A DNA stretch of 64,000 bases, taken from the NCBI GenBank assembly GCA_964525495.1, contig CAZGHS010000003.1, positions 52,022 through 116,021 on the forward strand. Reading direction: 5' to 3'. The notes beneath the pieces were generated by a model that was not told the origin of the DNA, searched no databases, and saw nothing but the letters and a program-made list of their open reading frames with translations. Shown one piece after another: positions 17,750 through 27,662 of the stretch. The position numbers and the translations under genes are program-made. Position 1 is the stretch's first letter, and the number at the start of each line of letters is the position of its first letter. Origin of the DNA: an uncultured Gammaproteobacteria bacterium (GTDB lineage Bacteria > Patescibacteriota > Microgenomatia > JALYQM01).

Positions 17750-17957
17750 GACAAGAGGGAAAAGGTATCGCGAGTAGGGAGAGCAGATCATAGATTGAAA
17801 ATCTGCTGAGCGCGTAACTTTTCGAGGGACTACTTAAGTGTACGTTTCATCCGCGATAGAGATGGCAAAAAGCCTGAGAATCAGGGAATCGAAGTGGAAC
17901 CACGGTAGAAATGCCGTCTTCGAGCATTAGATATAGTGCTTGAGGACGGCATTTTTA
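17750..17957 (+). promoter_or_regulatory. T-box riboswitch (thrS leader) with intrinsic terminator
   Basis: T-box AATCGAAGTGGAACCACG (17887-17904); stem I with AG/GNUG-like apical features; candidate ACU specifier 17817-19; terminator AAATGCCGTCTTCGAGCA...TGCTTGAGGACGGCATTTTT. Confidence 0.85.
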
Positions 17958-17976
17958 GTATTTATAAGGAGGATCT

Positions 17977-19713
17977 ATGTCCAACGACAATTCTTTAGAA
18001 CAGATTCGCCATTCCTGCGCGCATTTACTTGCGGCTGCAGTGATGGAATTATATCCAAACGCGAAACGGACTATTGGTCCAGCTATCGAGAGCGGATTTT
18101 ACTATGATTTTGATTTTGGTGATGTAAAAATTTCCGATGAAGAATTGCCAAAGATCGAAGAGAAAATGCGAGAGCTCGTAAAAACCTGGAATGGTTTTGA
18201 GCGGGAAGAAGTAAGTGTTGATGAAGCAAAAAAGCGGATGGCAGGGAATGAATATAAACTTGAGTTGATTGAGGAGTTTAGTACAGACGGTCAGACGTTG
18301 AGTATTTATAAGAGCGGGAGTTTTGAAGATCTTTGTCGCGGTGGCCATTCGGAAAATCCTCAAAAAGATTTGGCTGCATTTAAGTTGTTGTCATTGGCTG
18401 GGGCGTATTGGAGAGGGAACGAGAAGAACAAAATGTTGACTCGTATTTACGGGACAGCTTTTTCTTCACAAAAGGAGCTTGATGAGTATTTAAATCAGCA
18501 GGAAGAAGCTCGAAAGCGCGATCATAGGAAGCTTGGAAAAGAATTGGATCTGTTTGTGTTTTCAGACTTGGTTGGTCCAGGACTGCCACTGTTTACTCCT
18601 AAAGGCACAATATTGCGCGATGAGTTGGGAGGATTTTCTCAAGGATTGCAGCAGAAATATGGATATCAAAGGGTAGCGATTCCACATATGGCGCGCGTGG
18701 CGTTGTATAAAACTTCAGGTCATTACGATAAATATCCTGAGCGGTTTACTGTGACAAGTCATGAGTCTGATGATGAGTTTATGATGAAACCTATGAACTG
18801 TCCGCATCATTCTCAGATTTATGCGTCAAAGCCACGAAGTTATCGCGATCTGCCGATCAGGTATATGGAAAATACTATGGTATATCGAGATGAGAAAGCA
18901 GGAGAGTTGCATGGATTGTCTCGTGTGCGTGCTGCGACTCAGGACGATGCTCATGTATTCTGCACTATGGATCAGATCGAGGAAGAGTTTACATCTATCA
19001 TGGCGATGATCAAGGAGTTGTATGGAACTCTAGGTATGACTTTCAGAGCTCGTTTGTCTTTTCGAGATAATACAGACAAATATCTGGGAGATATCGAGAA
19101 TTGGAATAAGGCGCAACAGATTATCGAAGATGTAGCTAAGAAATTGGAACTGGAATATTTTATTGGGGAAGGCGAAGCTGCTTTCTATGGTCCTAAGATT
19201 GATGTAATGGTGCGAGATGCGATTGGCAGAGAGCATCAGTGTGCGACAGAGCAATTGGATTTTGTCCAACCATCTCGGTTTGGATTGGTTTACACGGATG
19301 CTGATGGCTCCGAGAAGACTCCTGTGATGATTCACAAAGCTCTGCTTGGTTCTATAGAGCGGTTCCTGGCAGTATATATAGAACATACTGCTGGAGCGTT
19401 TCCAACCTGGATGGCGCCAGTACAGGCTGTCATGATCCCTATTGCGGATAGGCATGCGGAGTATGCACAGAAATTGGCTGCCGAATTGCGTGCGGTAGGG
19501 GTACGAGTGGATGTGGATGCTCGTTCTGAGAGTATGCAGTCTAAGATTCGGGATGCTCAGATGCAAAAAGTGCCGTATATGTATGTGATGGGGGACAAAG
19601 AAATTGAATCTCAGGGGGTTGCCGTTCGTAAACGAGGTGGTGAGAATCTAGGACTTAAGAGTTTTGAAGAGGTAAAAACAGCCTTGATTGACGAGATTCA
19701 ACGGAAGGTGTAG
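17977..19713 (+). CDS. thrS: Threonine--tRNA ligase (no N-terminal TGS domain)
   Basis: HSCAH, DLCRGGH, RDHRKLG, KPMNCP, AAFYGPK. Confidence 0.98.
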   Translation: MSNDNSLEQIRHSCAHLLAAAVMELYPNAKRTIGPAIESGFYYDFDFGDVKISDEELPKIEEKMRELVKTWNGFEREEVSVDEAKKRMAGNEYKLELIEEFSTDGQTLSIYKSGSFEDLCRGGHSENPQKDLAAFKLLSLAGAYWRGNEKNKMLTRIYGTAFSSQKELDEYLNQQEEARKRDHRKLGKELDLFVFSDLVGPGLPLFTPKGTILRDELGGFSQGLQQKYGYQRVAIPHMARVALYKTSGHYDKYPERFTVTSHESDDEFMMKPMNCPHHSQIYASKPRSYRDLPIRYMENTMVYRDEKAGELHGLSRVRAATQDDAHVFCTMDQIEEEFTSIMAMIKELYGTLGMTFRARLSFRDNTDKYLGDIENWNKAQQIIEDVAKKLELEYFIGEGEAAFYGPKIDVMVRDAIGREHQCATEQLDFVQPSRFGLVYTDADGSEKTPVMIHKALLGSIERFLAVYIEHTAGAFPTWMAPVQAVMIPIADRHAEYAQKLAAELRAVGVRVDVDARSESMQSKIRDAQMQKVPYMYVMGDKEIESQGVAVRKRGGENLGLKSFEEVKTALIDEIQRKV

Positions 19714-19722
19714 TATCTGCTG

Positions 19723-20037
19723 ATGAAAAAGCCCGACCTGGAAAAGTTGTTTATTCTTTATGATGCAGGTGATGAACCAAAGACAAAGCGAATTCGAGGA
19801 AAAAGTGCGGATAAGGTCGAAGCAGCTTGTCCGCGTAGGATTATCCATCTGCGGGTAGAAGATGTAGTACGAGTCGTTGAGGACGATAATACTCGTTCCG
19901 AAAATGGAGTGGTTTTAGCACGAAGGTTAGCTTCTCAAAAAGTAAATAAGCTCAATTTTGAAGGCAAAAAGTCTTTTTCTCTTACTGACTATATTAGAGC
20001 ACAAACTGTGACTGATCTTGAAAAGAAGAAAAAATAG
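19723..20037 (+). CDS. Hypothetical basic protein
   Basis: 104-aa ORF between thrS and the infC promoter. Confidence 0.5.
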   Translation: MKKPDLEKLFILYDAGDEPKTKRIRGKSADKVEAACPRRIIHLRVEDVVRVVEDDNTRSENGVVLARRLASQKVNKLNFEGKKSFSLTDYIRAQTVTDLEKKKK

Positions 20038-20047
20038 CGTTTGCCCG

Positions 20048-20076
20048 TTGCGAAGTATTTTCGGGCGTGGTAGAAT
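20048..20076 (+). promoter_or_regulatory. Promoter TTGCGA-N17-(TGG)TAGAAT for infC-rpmI-rplT
   Basis: Extended -10 with 17-nt spacing. Confidence 0.7.
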
Positions 20077-20137
20077 TTTATTTGATTTTATACGTAAAAA
20101 CAGACGTTTTTAAGGGGTAAACCCAAGGAAGGTACCA

Positions 20138-20656
20138 CTGGCTAAGAAATTTTACAGAATAAACCAGTTTATCCGCGCACCTCAGGTGCGAGTTTTGGAT
20201 AATACAGGGAAGCAACTCGGCGTTTTGACTTTAGAAGAGGCGTTAAAGATTGCTACAGAACAAAAGCTCGACTTAGTAGAAATTGCTGGTCAGGCTAGTC
20301 CGCCAGTGTGTAAAATCATTGATTTTAAGAAATTTAAGTATTTGGAGGAGAAAAAAGAGTCGGATTCGAAAAAAGCAGCGAAACAAGTAGACACAAAAGA
20401 GATACGTTTGAGGCCATTTACATCAGATAATGACCTTGAAGTGCGGTTGAAGCGGATGAAGCAATTTTTACAGGATGGCGATCGAGTGAAGGTTGTGGTA
20501 AAATTCCAAGGTCGTGAGATAGCCAAGCCGGATTTTGGCCATCAGCTAATCGGACGAATCACTTCTTTTATTGAAAGTGAAGGCGTGGGAAAGCTAGATA
20601 GACCGGCAAAATTTGAAGGAAAATCGTTAGTAGTATCGTATACACCGGGTAAATGA
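20138..20656 (+). CDS. infC: Translation initiation factor IF-3 (CTG start)
   Basis: AAGGAAGG SD then CTG GCT AAG... gives the conserved RINQFIRAPQVR upstream of the track's start; PPVCKI, KEIRL motifs. Confidence 0.95.
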   Translation: MAKKFYRINQFIRAPQVRVLDNTGKQLGVLTLEEALKIATEQKLDLVEIAGQASPPVCKIIDFKKFKYLEEKKESDSKKAAKQVDTKEIRLRPFTSDNDLEVRLKRMKQFLQDGDRVKVVVKFQGREIAKPDFGHQLIGRITSFIESEGVGKLDRPAKFEGKSLVVSYTPGK

Positions 20657-20666
20657 GGACATATAT

Positions 20667-20864
20667 ATGCCGAAGATGAAAACAAAAAAAGCTATTTCTA
20701 AGCGTATTAAGGTTACCGCAACAGGTAAGCTTTTACATTGGAGAAAAGGGAATAACCACTTAAAGAGTCCGAAGTCAGCTTCTCAGCTTCGACGTTTGGC
20801 TAAGCCATCACAAATTACAGGAAAAATGGAGAAGAACTTTAAGAAGTTACTTCCATATATCTAG
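20667..20864 (+). CDS. rpmI: 50S ribosomal protein L35
   Basis: MPKMKT..A..KR.K.TATGK. Confidence 0.95.
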   Translation: MPKMKTKKAISKRIKVTATGKLLHWRKGNNHLKSPKSASQLRRLAKPSQITGKMEKNFKKLLPYI

Positions 20865-20875
20865 GAGAGATACAT

Positions 20876-21220
20876 ATGTCACGCGTTAAAAGAGGTGTTA
20901 CAACTAAGGCCCGCCACAAGAGATTGCTAGCCCGAACTGAAGGTTACCGAATGACGAATAATCGTTTGGTACAAAGAGCTCGAGAAGCAGATCTTCATGC
21001 TGGTTCTTATGCATTTGCTGGTCGAAAAAACCGTAAGAGAGATATGAGAATGCTTTGGATTGCTCGTATCAACGGAGCTCTTCGTGATCAGGGTATGCGT
21101 TATGGTGATTTCATGCACGCATTGAAGGTAAAGAATATTGGTCTTGATCGAAAAATGCTTGCAACAATGGTTTTGGAAGATCCAAAGTCATTTACAAACT
21201 TAGTGGGAATGGTGAAGTAA
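20876..21220 (+). CDS. rplT: 50S ribosomal protein L20
   Basis: MSRVKRG, RKRDMRMLWIARIN, LDRKMLA. Confidence 0.97.
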   Translation: MSRVKRGVTTKARHKRLLARTEGYRMTNNRLVQRAREADLHAGSYAFAGRKNRKRDMRMLWIARINGALRDQGMRYGDFMHALKVKNIGLDRKMLATMVLEDPKSFTNLVGMVK

Positions 21221-21241
21221 TTAATTGTGATTACTTCTTTT

Positions 21242-21279
21242 AACTCACACTTCTCAGCAATGAAGGTGTGAGTTTTTTT
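21242..21279 (+). terminator. Intrinsic terminator after rplT
   Basis: AACTCACAC...GTGTGAGTT followed by a T run. Confidence 0.8.
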
Positions 21280-21328
21280 GTAAGTAGTTTATTAATAGCA
21301 ACTAAAATAGTAGAATTTGATTAATACT

Positions 21329-22366
21329 ATGCGAATTGATTTAGAAAACCTATTACACCGAACTACTGAGAAATTGCATCAGCTGCATACAGCCGCAGAG
21401 GTTGATAAGTTGAAGTTTGATACTTTGGATAAAAAAGATAGTGAGTACTCTCTGATTTCCTTACAGATGCGCGAGTTGACTAAAGATGAGCGGCCTGCCA
21501 TGGGTAAGTATTTGAATGAAGTTAAGTCATCTCTTGAGAATGCTTTCTCGGAGAAGCTAAGTAAGCTTAAAGAGGAGCGATATAGCAAATTGGCTGAGAC
21601 TGAATGGCAAGATATGACATTTCCTGCACCAGCGGCGGCTGTAGGTCATATTCATCCTATTACACAAGCCTATTATGAAATCGTAGATATTTTTGCAGAG
21701 CTTGGATTTTCGTTTGCTGAGGGACCAGAGGTCGAGTGGTTTTGGCATGCGTTTGAATCACTTAATATGCCGATCACCCATCCGGCGAGTGATGATTTCG
21801 AAACGTATTATGTAAAGCACGATGCGCATGATCAGTATGGACGATTGTTATTGCGTCCTCATACCTCGCCAGTTCAAGTACGAACGATGTTATCGCAGAA
21901 GCCGCCTATCAGAGTGGTTGTGCCAGGAAAGACTTACAGACCTAACTACGATACGTCGCACACACCAATGTTCCATCAGTTTGAAGGATTGTTAGTTGAT
22001 AAGAATGTGTCGATAGGTCAGCTGGTTGGCACTTTGGATTATTTTGTAAAGAAGTTTTTTGGAAATACTATTAAGACCCGCATTCGGCCGTATCATTTTC
22101 AGTTTACTGAACCTTCTTTTGAAGTAGATATTTCCTGTTCGATATGTGGTGGTGAAGGATGCCGCTTGTGCAAGGAAGGTTGGTTGGAGCTCGGTGGAGC
22201 AGGAATGGTGCATCCAGTCGTACTTGAGAATGGTGGAATCGATTCGAAAGAATACAATGGTTTCGCGTTTGGGTGGGGAATAGAGCGTTGTGTGAATATC
22301 CGATCAGGTATTCCTGATGTGCGTATGATTTATGAAGGCGAATTACGATTATTGGAGCAATTTTAA
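21329..22366 (+). CDS. pheS: Phenylalanine--tRNA ligase alpha subunit
   Basis: GHIHP, LRPHTSPVQ, HTPMFHQ, FTEPS, GFAFGWGIER. Confidence 0.97.
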   Translation: MRIDLENLLHRTTEKLHQLHTAAEVDKLKFDTLDKKDSEYSLISLQMRELTKDERPAMGKYLNEVKSSLENAFSEKLSKLKEERYSKLAETEWQDMTFPAPAAAVGHIHPITQAYYEIVDIFAELGFSFAEGPEVEWFWHAFESLNMPITHPASDDFETYYVKHDAHDQYGRLLLRPHTSPVQVRTMLSQKPPIRVVVPGKTYRPNYDTSHTPMFHQFEGLLVDKNVSIGQLVGTLDYFVKKFFGNTIKTRIRPYHFQFTEPSFEVDISCSICGGEGCRLCKEGWLELGGAGMVHPVVLENGGIDSKEYNGFAFGWGIERCVNIRSGIPDVRMIYEGELRLLEQF

Positions 22367-22369
22367 TTT

Positions 22370-24799
22370 ATGTTAGTACCTTTGTCTTGGCTTAAAGAAT
22401 ATGTTGATATTTCAGATATTTCTGTGGATGATTTGCAGAAGAAAATGTCTGCTGCTGGTTTGTCTGTTGAGAGAAAACACACAGTTGGTGAAGGAATCGA
22501 GCAGATTGTGATTGGGCAGATTGTGTCTCAAGAGAAACATCCCGATTCTGATCACTTGTGGTTGTGTAAAGTGAATGTCGGAGCTAATGAAGTGCAGATT
22601 GTAACTGGAGCGCAGAATATTTATTTGCATGGAAAAGTGCCTGTAGTGCAAGCTGGTCAAGTTTTGCCTGATGGTACACAGATCGAAGTATCAAAACTTC
22701 GTGGCGTAGAGTCACAAGGAATGATGTGCTCTGAAAATGAACTTGGTCTAGGCGAGGGTCACGAAGGTATTATGATGCTGGGTGAAGACGCTCCAGTAGG
22801 CGAAAATCTCGTAAAATATCTTGGACTTCCTGATGTGGTATTTGATACAGAGATCACTGCTAACCGCGGCGATTGTTTATCAATCGTTGGAATCGCTCGT
22901 GAAGTTGCGACCTTGCTGAATAAAGAATTGCGTATGCCAGAGGCTTTGTCTATGCAGACAAATATGGACTTCGGAATCAAGGCTCAAGTACATATTGAAG
23001 ACGTTTCGAAATGTAATCGGTTTGCGACAGTGGCATATGACGGCTTTCAACTAGGAAAATCCCCTATGTGGATGCAGCAGCGACTGTTGCGTGCTGGAAT
23101 GCGACCAATTAATAATTTGGTAGATATTTCTAATTATGTGATGCTTGAATTGGGACAACCTACTCATGCATATGACGCGAAGCATGTAAATGACAATACG
23201 TTTTATGTACGCAGTGCGTTGTACCACGAGAAATTGCAGACACTGGATAAAAAAGTATTTGATTTAACTGAAGATATGTTGGTGATTGCGGATTCAGAAA
23301 AAAATCTTGGTATCGCAGGTATTATGGGTGGCGAGTCGAGCAAAATTACTGAAGATACACATACTTTGCTATTGGAACTGGCGAATTTTGATCCCGTGAA
23401 TATTCGTAAGACTGGAATGAAATTGGGAATTCGTAGCGATGCGATTGTGCGATTTGAACGGGGAGTAGATAGGGAGCTGATTGGTTATGCCTTGGAACGG
23501 ATTAATCATTTGTTGTCTACTATTACTGGCGCACATCAAGCAAGTGCTGTAGCTGATGCATATCCGACTCCGATTGAAAAAACTGAAGTGACATTGCGAT
23601 CACATATGCTGGATATGTATATGGGGTTGCATCTCAGTTTGTCGGATGCTGGTCGAATTCTTAACTCTCTGGGATTTTCTACTATTTCATCGAGCGGTGA
23701 TGAGATCGAGTGGTTGCTTAAAGTATCAGTGCCAAGTTGGAGACATCGAGATGTTTCGATTGAAGAGGATTTGATCGAGGAAGTAGCTCGAATTTACGGA
23801 TATGATAATGTCCCTGTTTCAACACCGAAGGGCCAAGTCCCTTTGGTAGCTCAAAATAAACGATTGAAAGTGAAGAAGCGAGTATTGGAAGTGATGAAAG
23901 GTTTAGGATTTCAAGAGGTTTTAACTTATTCGTTTACTAGTCGAGAACAGATAGAACAGAGTGGATATAAAGTCGAGGAAGCTTTAGAAATGGTTTCTCC
24001 GTTGTCAGAAGAGCACCGCTATATGCGACTTTCTTTGCTGCCGAATCTTTTATGGATTACTCAGAAGAATTTGGTGTTGAATCGAGATCTAGTTCTATTT
24101 GAGCTGTCGTCCGTGTATCATCGTAGTTTATATGATTTGATTCCTGATGAAGCTGTTGGCCTCAGTTTAGAACCAGTGCATTTTGCTGGAATAGTTCACC
24201 ATAAAGAATATTCATTTGATCGAGCATTTAAACAGGTTGTGTCGAGTTTGCGATCTGTAATGAATTCATTGCAAGTTGGGAGTGTTAGTTATGCGCAAGA
24301 TAACGATCAGATAAAGAAAATTCGAAATCATGTAATGTATCATCCGGGGCGAGTAGCCGCGATTGTGTTGCGTGGTGATGTGATTGGATTGTATGGTGAG
24401 ATTCATCCTGCGTTGGCAGAGAAGCTTGGATTGAAAGAACCGGTGTTTATGTACGAATTGTTCTTTGATCCGTTAGTTGAGGAAGCTAAACTGATTGTTT
24501 CTTATGAGCCATATTCTATCTACCCAGCCACCACTGAAGCACTGTCTTTTGTAATGGATGAGAATCAAGCCGTGGGTCCGATTGTGGATTCTCTGAAGTC
24601 TTTAGATGAGCGGATTGTTTCCGTAACTGTAGGTACTCCCTATCGAGGGGATCAGATTGGAGAGGGGAAGAAGGCCGTGACGTTCACGTTTGTGTTCCAA
24701 TCGAGAAGTGGGCCAATTAAAGAAACTGATGCAACTCAATTAAGAGAATTGATTTCTGCTTTTGGTAAAGATACTTATCGTTTGCAAATTCGAGGATAG
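22370..24799 (+). CDS. pheT: Phenylalanine--tRNA ligase beta subunit
   Basis: HPDSD.L, ITANRGDCLS, DLIEEVARIYGYD, HPGR. Confidence 0.97.
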   Translation: MLVPLSWLKEYVDISDISVDDLQKKMSAAGLSVERKHTVGEGIEQIVIGQIVSQEKHPDSDHLWLCKVNVGANEVQIVTGAQNIYLHGKVPVVQAGQVLPDGTQIEVSKLRGVESQGMMCSENELGLGEGHEGIMMLGEDAPVGENLVKYLGLPDVVFDTEITANRGDCLSIVGIAREVATLLNKELRMPEALSMQTNMDFGIKAQVHIEDVSKCNRFATVAYDGFQLGKSPMWMQQRLLRAGMRPINNLVDISNYVMLELGQPTHAYDAKHVNDNTFYVRSALYHEKLQTLDKKVFDLTEDMLVIADSEKNLGIAGIMGGESSKITEDTHTLLLELANFDPVNIRKTGMKLGIRSDAIVRFERGVDRELIGYALERINHLLSTITGAHQASAVADAYPTPIEKTEVTLRSHMLDMYMGLHLSLSDAGRILNSLGFSTISSSGDEIEWLLKVSVPSWRHRDVSIEEDLIEEVARIYGYDNVPVSTPKGQVPLVAQNKRLKVKKRVLEVMKGLGFQEVLTYSFTSREQIEQSGYKVEEALEMVSPLSEEHRYMRLSLLPNLLWITQKNLVLNRDLVLFELSSVYHRSLYDLIPDEAVGLSLEPVHFAGIVHHKEYSFDRAFKQVVSSLRSVMNSLQVGSVSYAQDNDQIKKIRNHVMYHPGRVAAIVLRGDVIGLYGEIHPALAEKLGLKEPVFMYELFFDPLVEEAKLIVSYEPYSIYPATTEALSFVMDENQAVGPIVDSLKSLDERIVSVTVGTPYRGDQIGEGKKAVTFTFVFQSRSGPIKETDATQLRELISAFGKDTYRLQIRG

Positions 24800-24801
24800 T
24801 A

Positions 24802-25076
24802 ATGCGTGATCTAGAGAGAGACGAGTTGATACTAAAATTGTTATTGATTCGAGGGATCCATCGGGTCGTGTGCATAGCTTTAATTTTACTCGTAAGACAA
24901 GTCTCTCTGCGCGTGTCGACTATATTGATAAATGGCGCGTTGTGAGTCCAAAAAGTTCACAGCGGGATATCGATAAATTAAAAGAAGAGGCGTTCAAGCA
25001 TGGTGGAAGTGTTACTATAATTAATAAACCTCATGAACGCAGAGTTTTAGCAGCGCGAAATAAAATCAGTAAGTAA
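24802..25076 (+). pseudogene. Small ORF apparently frameshifted in an (AG)4 tract
   Basis: Removing one AG at 24813-24821 joins ATG 24802 to the 24870-25076 frame, giving 90 aa. Confidence 0.4.
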
Positions 25077-25077
25077 T

Positions 25078-27624
25078 CTATCTCACATTCACTGTTATTT
25101 CTTTGGAGCTTGTAACTCCTTTATTATCAATAACTTCGACTCGGAGGCGGTGTTCGCCTGCTTGAGACTGTTGAAACGTAACCTGGTGACTGAGTGGTGA
25201 AGTGCGTGATGTTTTGAGTAAGTTGAAGTCATCAAGGTAGAGTTTTATTTCGGAAATCTGAGCATCACCTTTAGGTGTTGAGTCAGCTGTGAAGTTGAAG
25301 ACGAATGGTACGTTGGCTTTATCTGGGATGTCTCTGATTGAAATATCTGGCGCGCCTGCGGAGTTACTACTGCCTCCGATTGATGTATATCCTCGATATG
25401 CATCTCCCTCAGGGCAATCACCTTGGCATACGCCTGGTTTCTTAGCTACTTCTTTGACATATGGGTCAGTAAATAGGGTGTAGGTTTTGTCTTCTGCGTC
25501 ACACCCATCCTTCTCTGCCTGGTTGGTTCCTTTACAGACTCGAATGGTAAGCTGAGATATATTGCCCACCTGAGGCTCTGTACCCTTGATAAAAAGCTCT
25601 TTACGGGTCGAGGTAGTACCTTCACCTGGCTTGTAGCCTGTACGAGAATCTACGTCGATATAGACCACATCGTCTGGTTTAACGAAAGGTTCGTCCTTTT
25701 TACCTTCCAGAAGCATTTTCATCGTTTTGTTCCAGATTGGTGTCGCGCCAGTCACACCTGAAGCGATTGATTTATCCATAGCTGTGTTGTCATTATTTCC
25801 AACCCAAGCACCTACAACGTAGGAAGGATTGTATCCAAATGCCCAGTTATCTTTTTTCTCGTCGGTTGTACCAGTTTTAGCGGCAACTGTCTGATTGGCG
25901 ATATAGAGTAAGCTACGAGGTCCGAAAGCGAGTGATCGGGCTGAATCATCTGAAAGGATATGTGAGATAAGGTAGGCAATTTCTGGTTTAAGTATTTGGC
26001 GGCCTTTGCTAGGTTTAAATTCTTCTAATATTTTGCCGGTTGAATCAGTTACTTTAATGATAGAAACGCGTTCTTGCTTTATTCCTTGATTTGCAAAAAC
26101 ACCATAGGCTGTCATTAAATCGGCCATCTTAAGTTCGCGACCTCCGAGGGTCAATGAAAGTCCTACTTGGGACATGTTTTGAGAGGTAGGTTCCCAATCA
26201 CTTAAGCCCATATCGTAGGATACCTGCATCGTGTCTTTAATAGTGCTGACCGCAAGCATTTTAACTGCTGGAATATTGAGGGAAGATCCAAGTGCTTGAC
26301 GGGTTTGTACTGGACCTCGGAATTTTCCGTCATAGTTAACCGGCTTGTATAAAGGCTGCCCGGCTCCTCCATCGAATTCAGTTTCGACATCAAGCCACAT
26401 GGTTGCAGGAGTGTAGCCTTTCATAAACCCGACGGCATAGGTTATTGGTTTGGTTGCCGATCCTGGCTGACGACGGGAAAGCGTGACGTTGAATTGACCA
26501 TCATAATCTTTTGCGAAATAGTCTTTGGAGCCAACCATTGCGAGGATTTCACCGGTCTTTGGATTTGTGACCATGGCTGCACCATTACCTACTTTAGCTT
26601 TTGCGAGCTTTTCAACTTCTATTCTGACAATTTCCTGAACTTTGTTCTGAATATCTAAATCAAGGGATGTGTAGACACGTAGTCCGCCTTCGGCAACCAT
26701 ATCCTGACCATATTTTTCTTCAAGTTGTCGTTTAATCCAGAGTGTAAAATGTGGAGCTTCGATGTCAATTTTAGGCTCCTGGAATGCGAGCGTTTCGAGT
26801 TCTTCGATTGATTTTTTTTCTTGCTCAGAAGTTATGTACTTGTCTTCACGCATACGTCGAAGTACATATTTTGTTCGTTCTTTATACGCGTCAGGATAAT
26901 CTCCATAAGGAGAATAGTAGGAAGGGCTTTGTGGTAATCCGGCGAGGATTGCTGATTCCGTGAGAGTAAGATCTTCGACGTTTTTATTGAAATAGGTTTG
27001 TGAGGCAGTCTGTACGCCATAAATTGTTCCACCGTAAGGATTTTCATTCATGTACATTTGGAGAATCTCGTTTTTAGAGAAGCGTTGTTCGACCTGAATG
27101 GCGAGGATAAGCTCTTTTAATTTGCGTGTAGGTGTGCGCTTGGGAGTTAAGAATGTGTTTTTAACAAGCTGCTGAGTGATAGATGAGCCTCCGATAAGTC
27201 TTTGGTTAACTATGAGTTCTTTGACTATACGGAAGTATCCGTCGACTGCGAAACCTTTGTGTTTGTAGAATTCTTTGTCTTCAGTTGCAATTGTGGCGTT
27301 TTTTAAGTCGTTGGGTATTTTTTCGATCGTAACGAGTTCTCGATTTTTCTCACCAAATACGGTGTAGAGATCTTTACCATTTCGGTCCATGATTTTGGTT
27401 GCTTGCTCGACTGTTCGGTCCTTTAATTTGTAGGGACTTGGGAGATCTTTGGCAAAATATGCAAAGAGAATCGCTGTGACGATAATTCCGCCAATAATGA
27501 ACAGAAATGTAACTGTTACCATTACTGCTGTAATGGTTAAGATTTTCTGTTTTGTGGTGAGTTTAACAGGTTGTTTACCTGATTTTGGAGCCTGGGGTAG
27601 CAGTTTTGCTTTGAAATCATGCAT
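25078..27624 (-). CDS. Class A penicillin-binding protein (PBP1A family) with C-terminal Ig-like domain
   Basis: ATEDKEF, GSSITQQLVKN, RKLKE, QPGSATK, SLN, KTGT. Confidence 0.95.
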   Translation of the reverse strand: MHDFKAKLLPQAPKSGKQPVKLTTKQKILTITAVMVTVTFLFIIGGIIVTAILFAYFAKDLPSPYKLKDRTVEQATKIMDRNGKDLYTVFGEKNRELVTIEKIPNDLKNATIATEDKEFYKHKGFAVDGYFRIVKELIVNQRLIGGSSITQQLVKNTFLTPKRTPTRKLKELILAIQVEQRFSKNEILQMYMNENPYGGTIYGVQTASQTYFNKNVEDLTLTESAILAGLPQSPSYYSPYGDYPDAYKERTKYVLRRMREDKYITSEQEKKSIEELETLAFQEPKIDIEAPHFTLWIKRQLEEKYGQDMVAEGGLRVYTSLDLDIQNKVQEIVRIEVEKLAKAKVGNGAAMVTNPKTGEILAMVGSKDYFAKDYDGQFNVTLSRRQPGSATKPITYAVGFMKGYTPATMWLDVETEFDGGAGQPLYKPVNYDGKFRGPVQTRQALGSSLNIPAVKMLAVSTIKDTMQVSYDMGLSDWEPTSQNMSQVGLSLTLGGRELKMADLMTAYGVFANQGIKQERVSIIKVTDSTGKILEEFKPSKGRQILKPEIAYLISHILSDDSARSLAFGPRSLLYIANQTVAAKTGTTDEKKDNWAFGYNPSYVVGAWVGNNDNTAMDKSIASGVTGATPIWNKTMKMLLEGKKDEPFVKPDDVVYIDVDSRTGYKPGEGTTSTRKELFIKGTEPQVGNISQLTIRVCKGTNQAEKDGCDAEDKTYTLFTDPYVKEVAKKPGVCQGDCPEGDAYRGYTSIGGSSNSAGAPDISIRDIPDKANVPFVFNFTADSTPKGDAQISEIKLYLDDFNLLKTSRTSPLSHQVTFQQSQAGEHRLRVEVIDNKGVTSSKEITVNVR

Positions 27625-27662
27625 GATGATTATTATACCAGATCTTTGATATAATCGATGCT

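Noticed and set aside
20077-20137. L20 leader RNA upstream of infC
   Set aside because: Only a tiny GGGT-AA-ACCC hairpin; I could not identify the L20-binding structure
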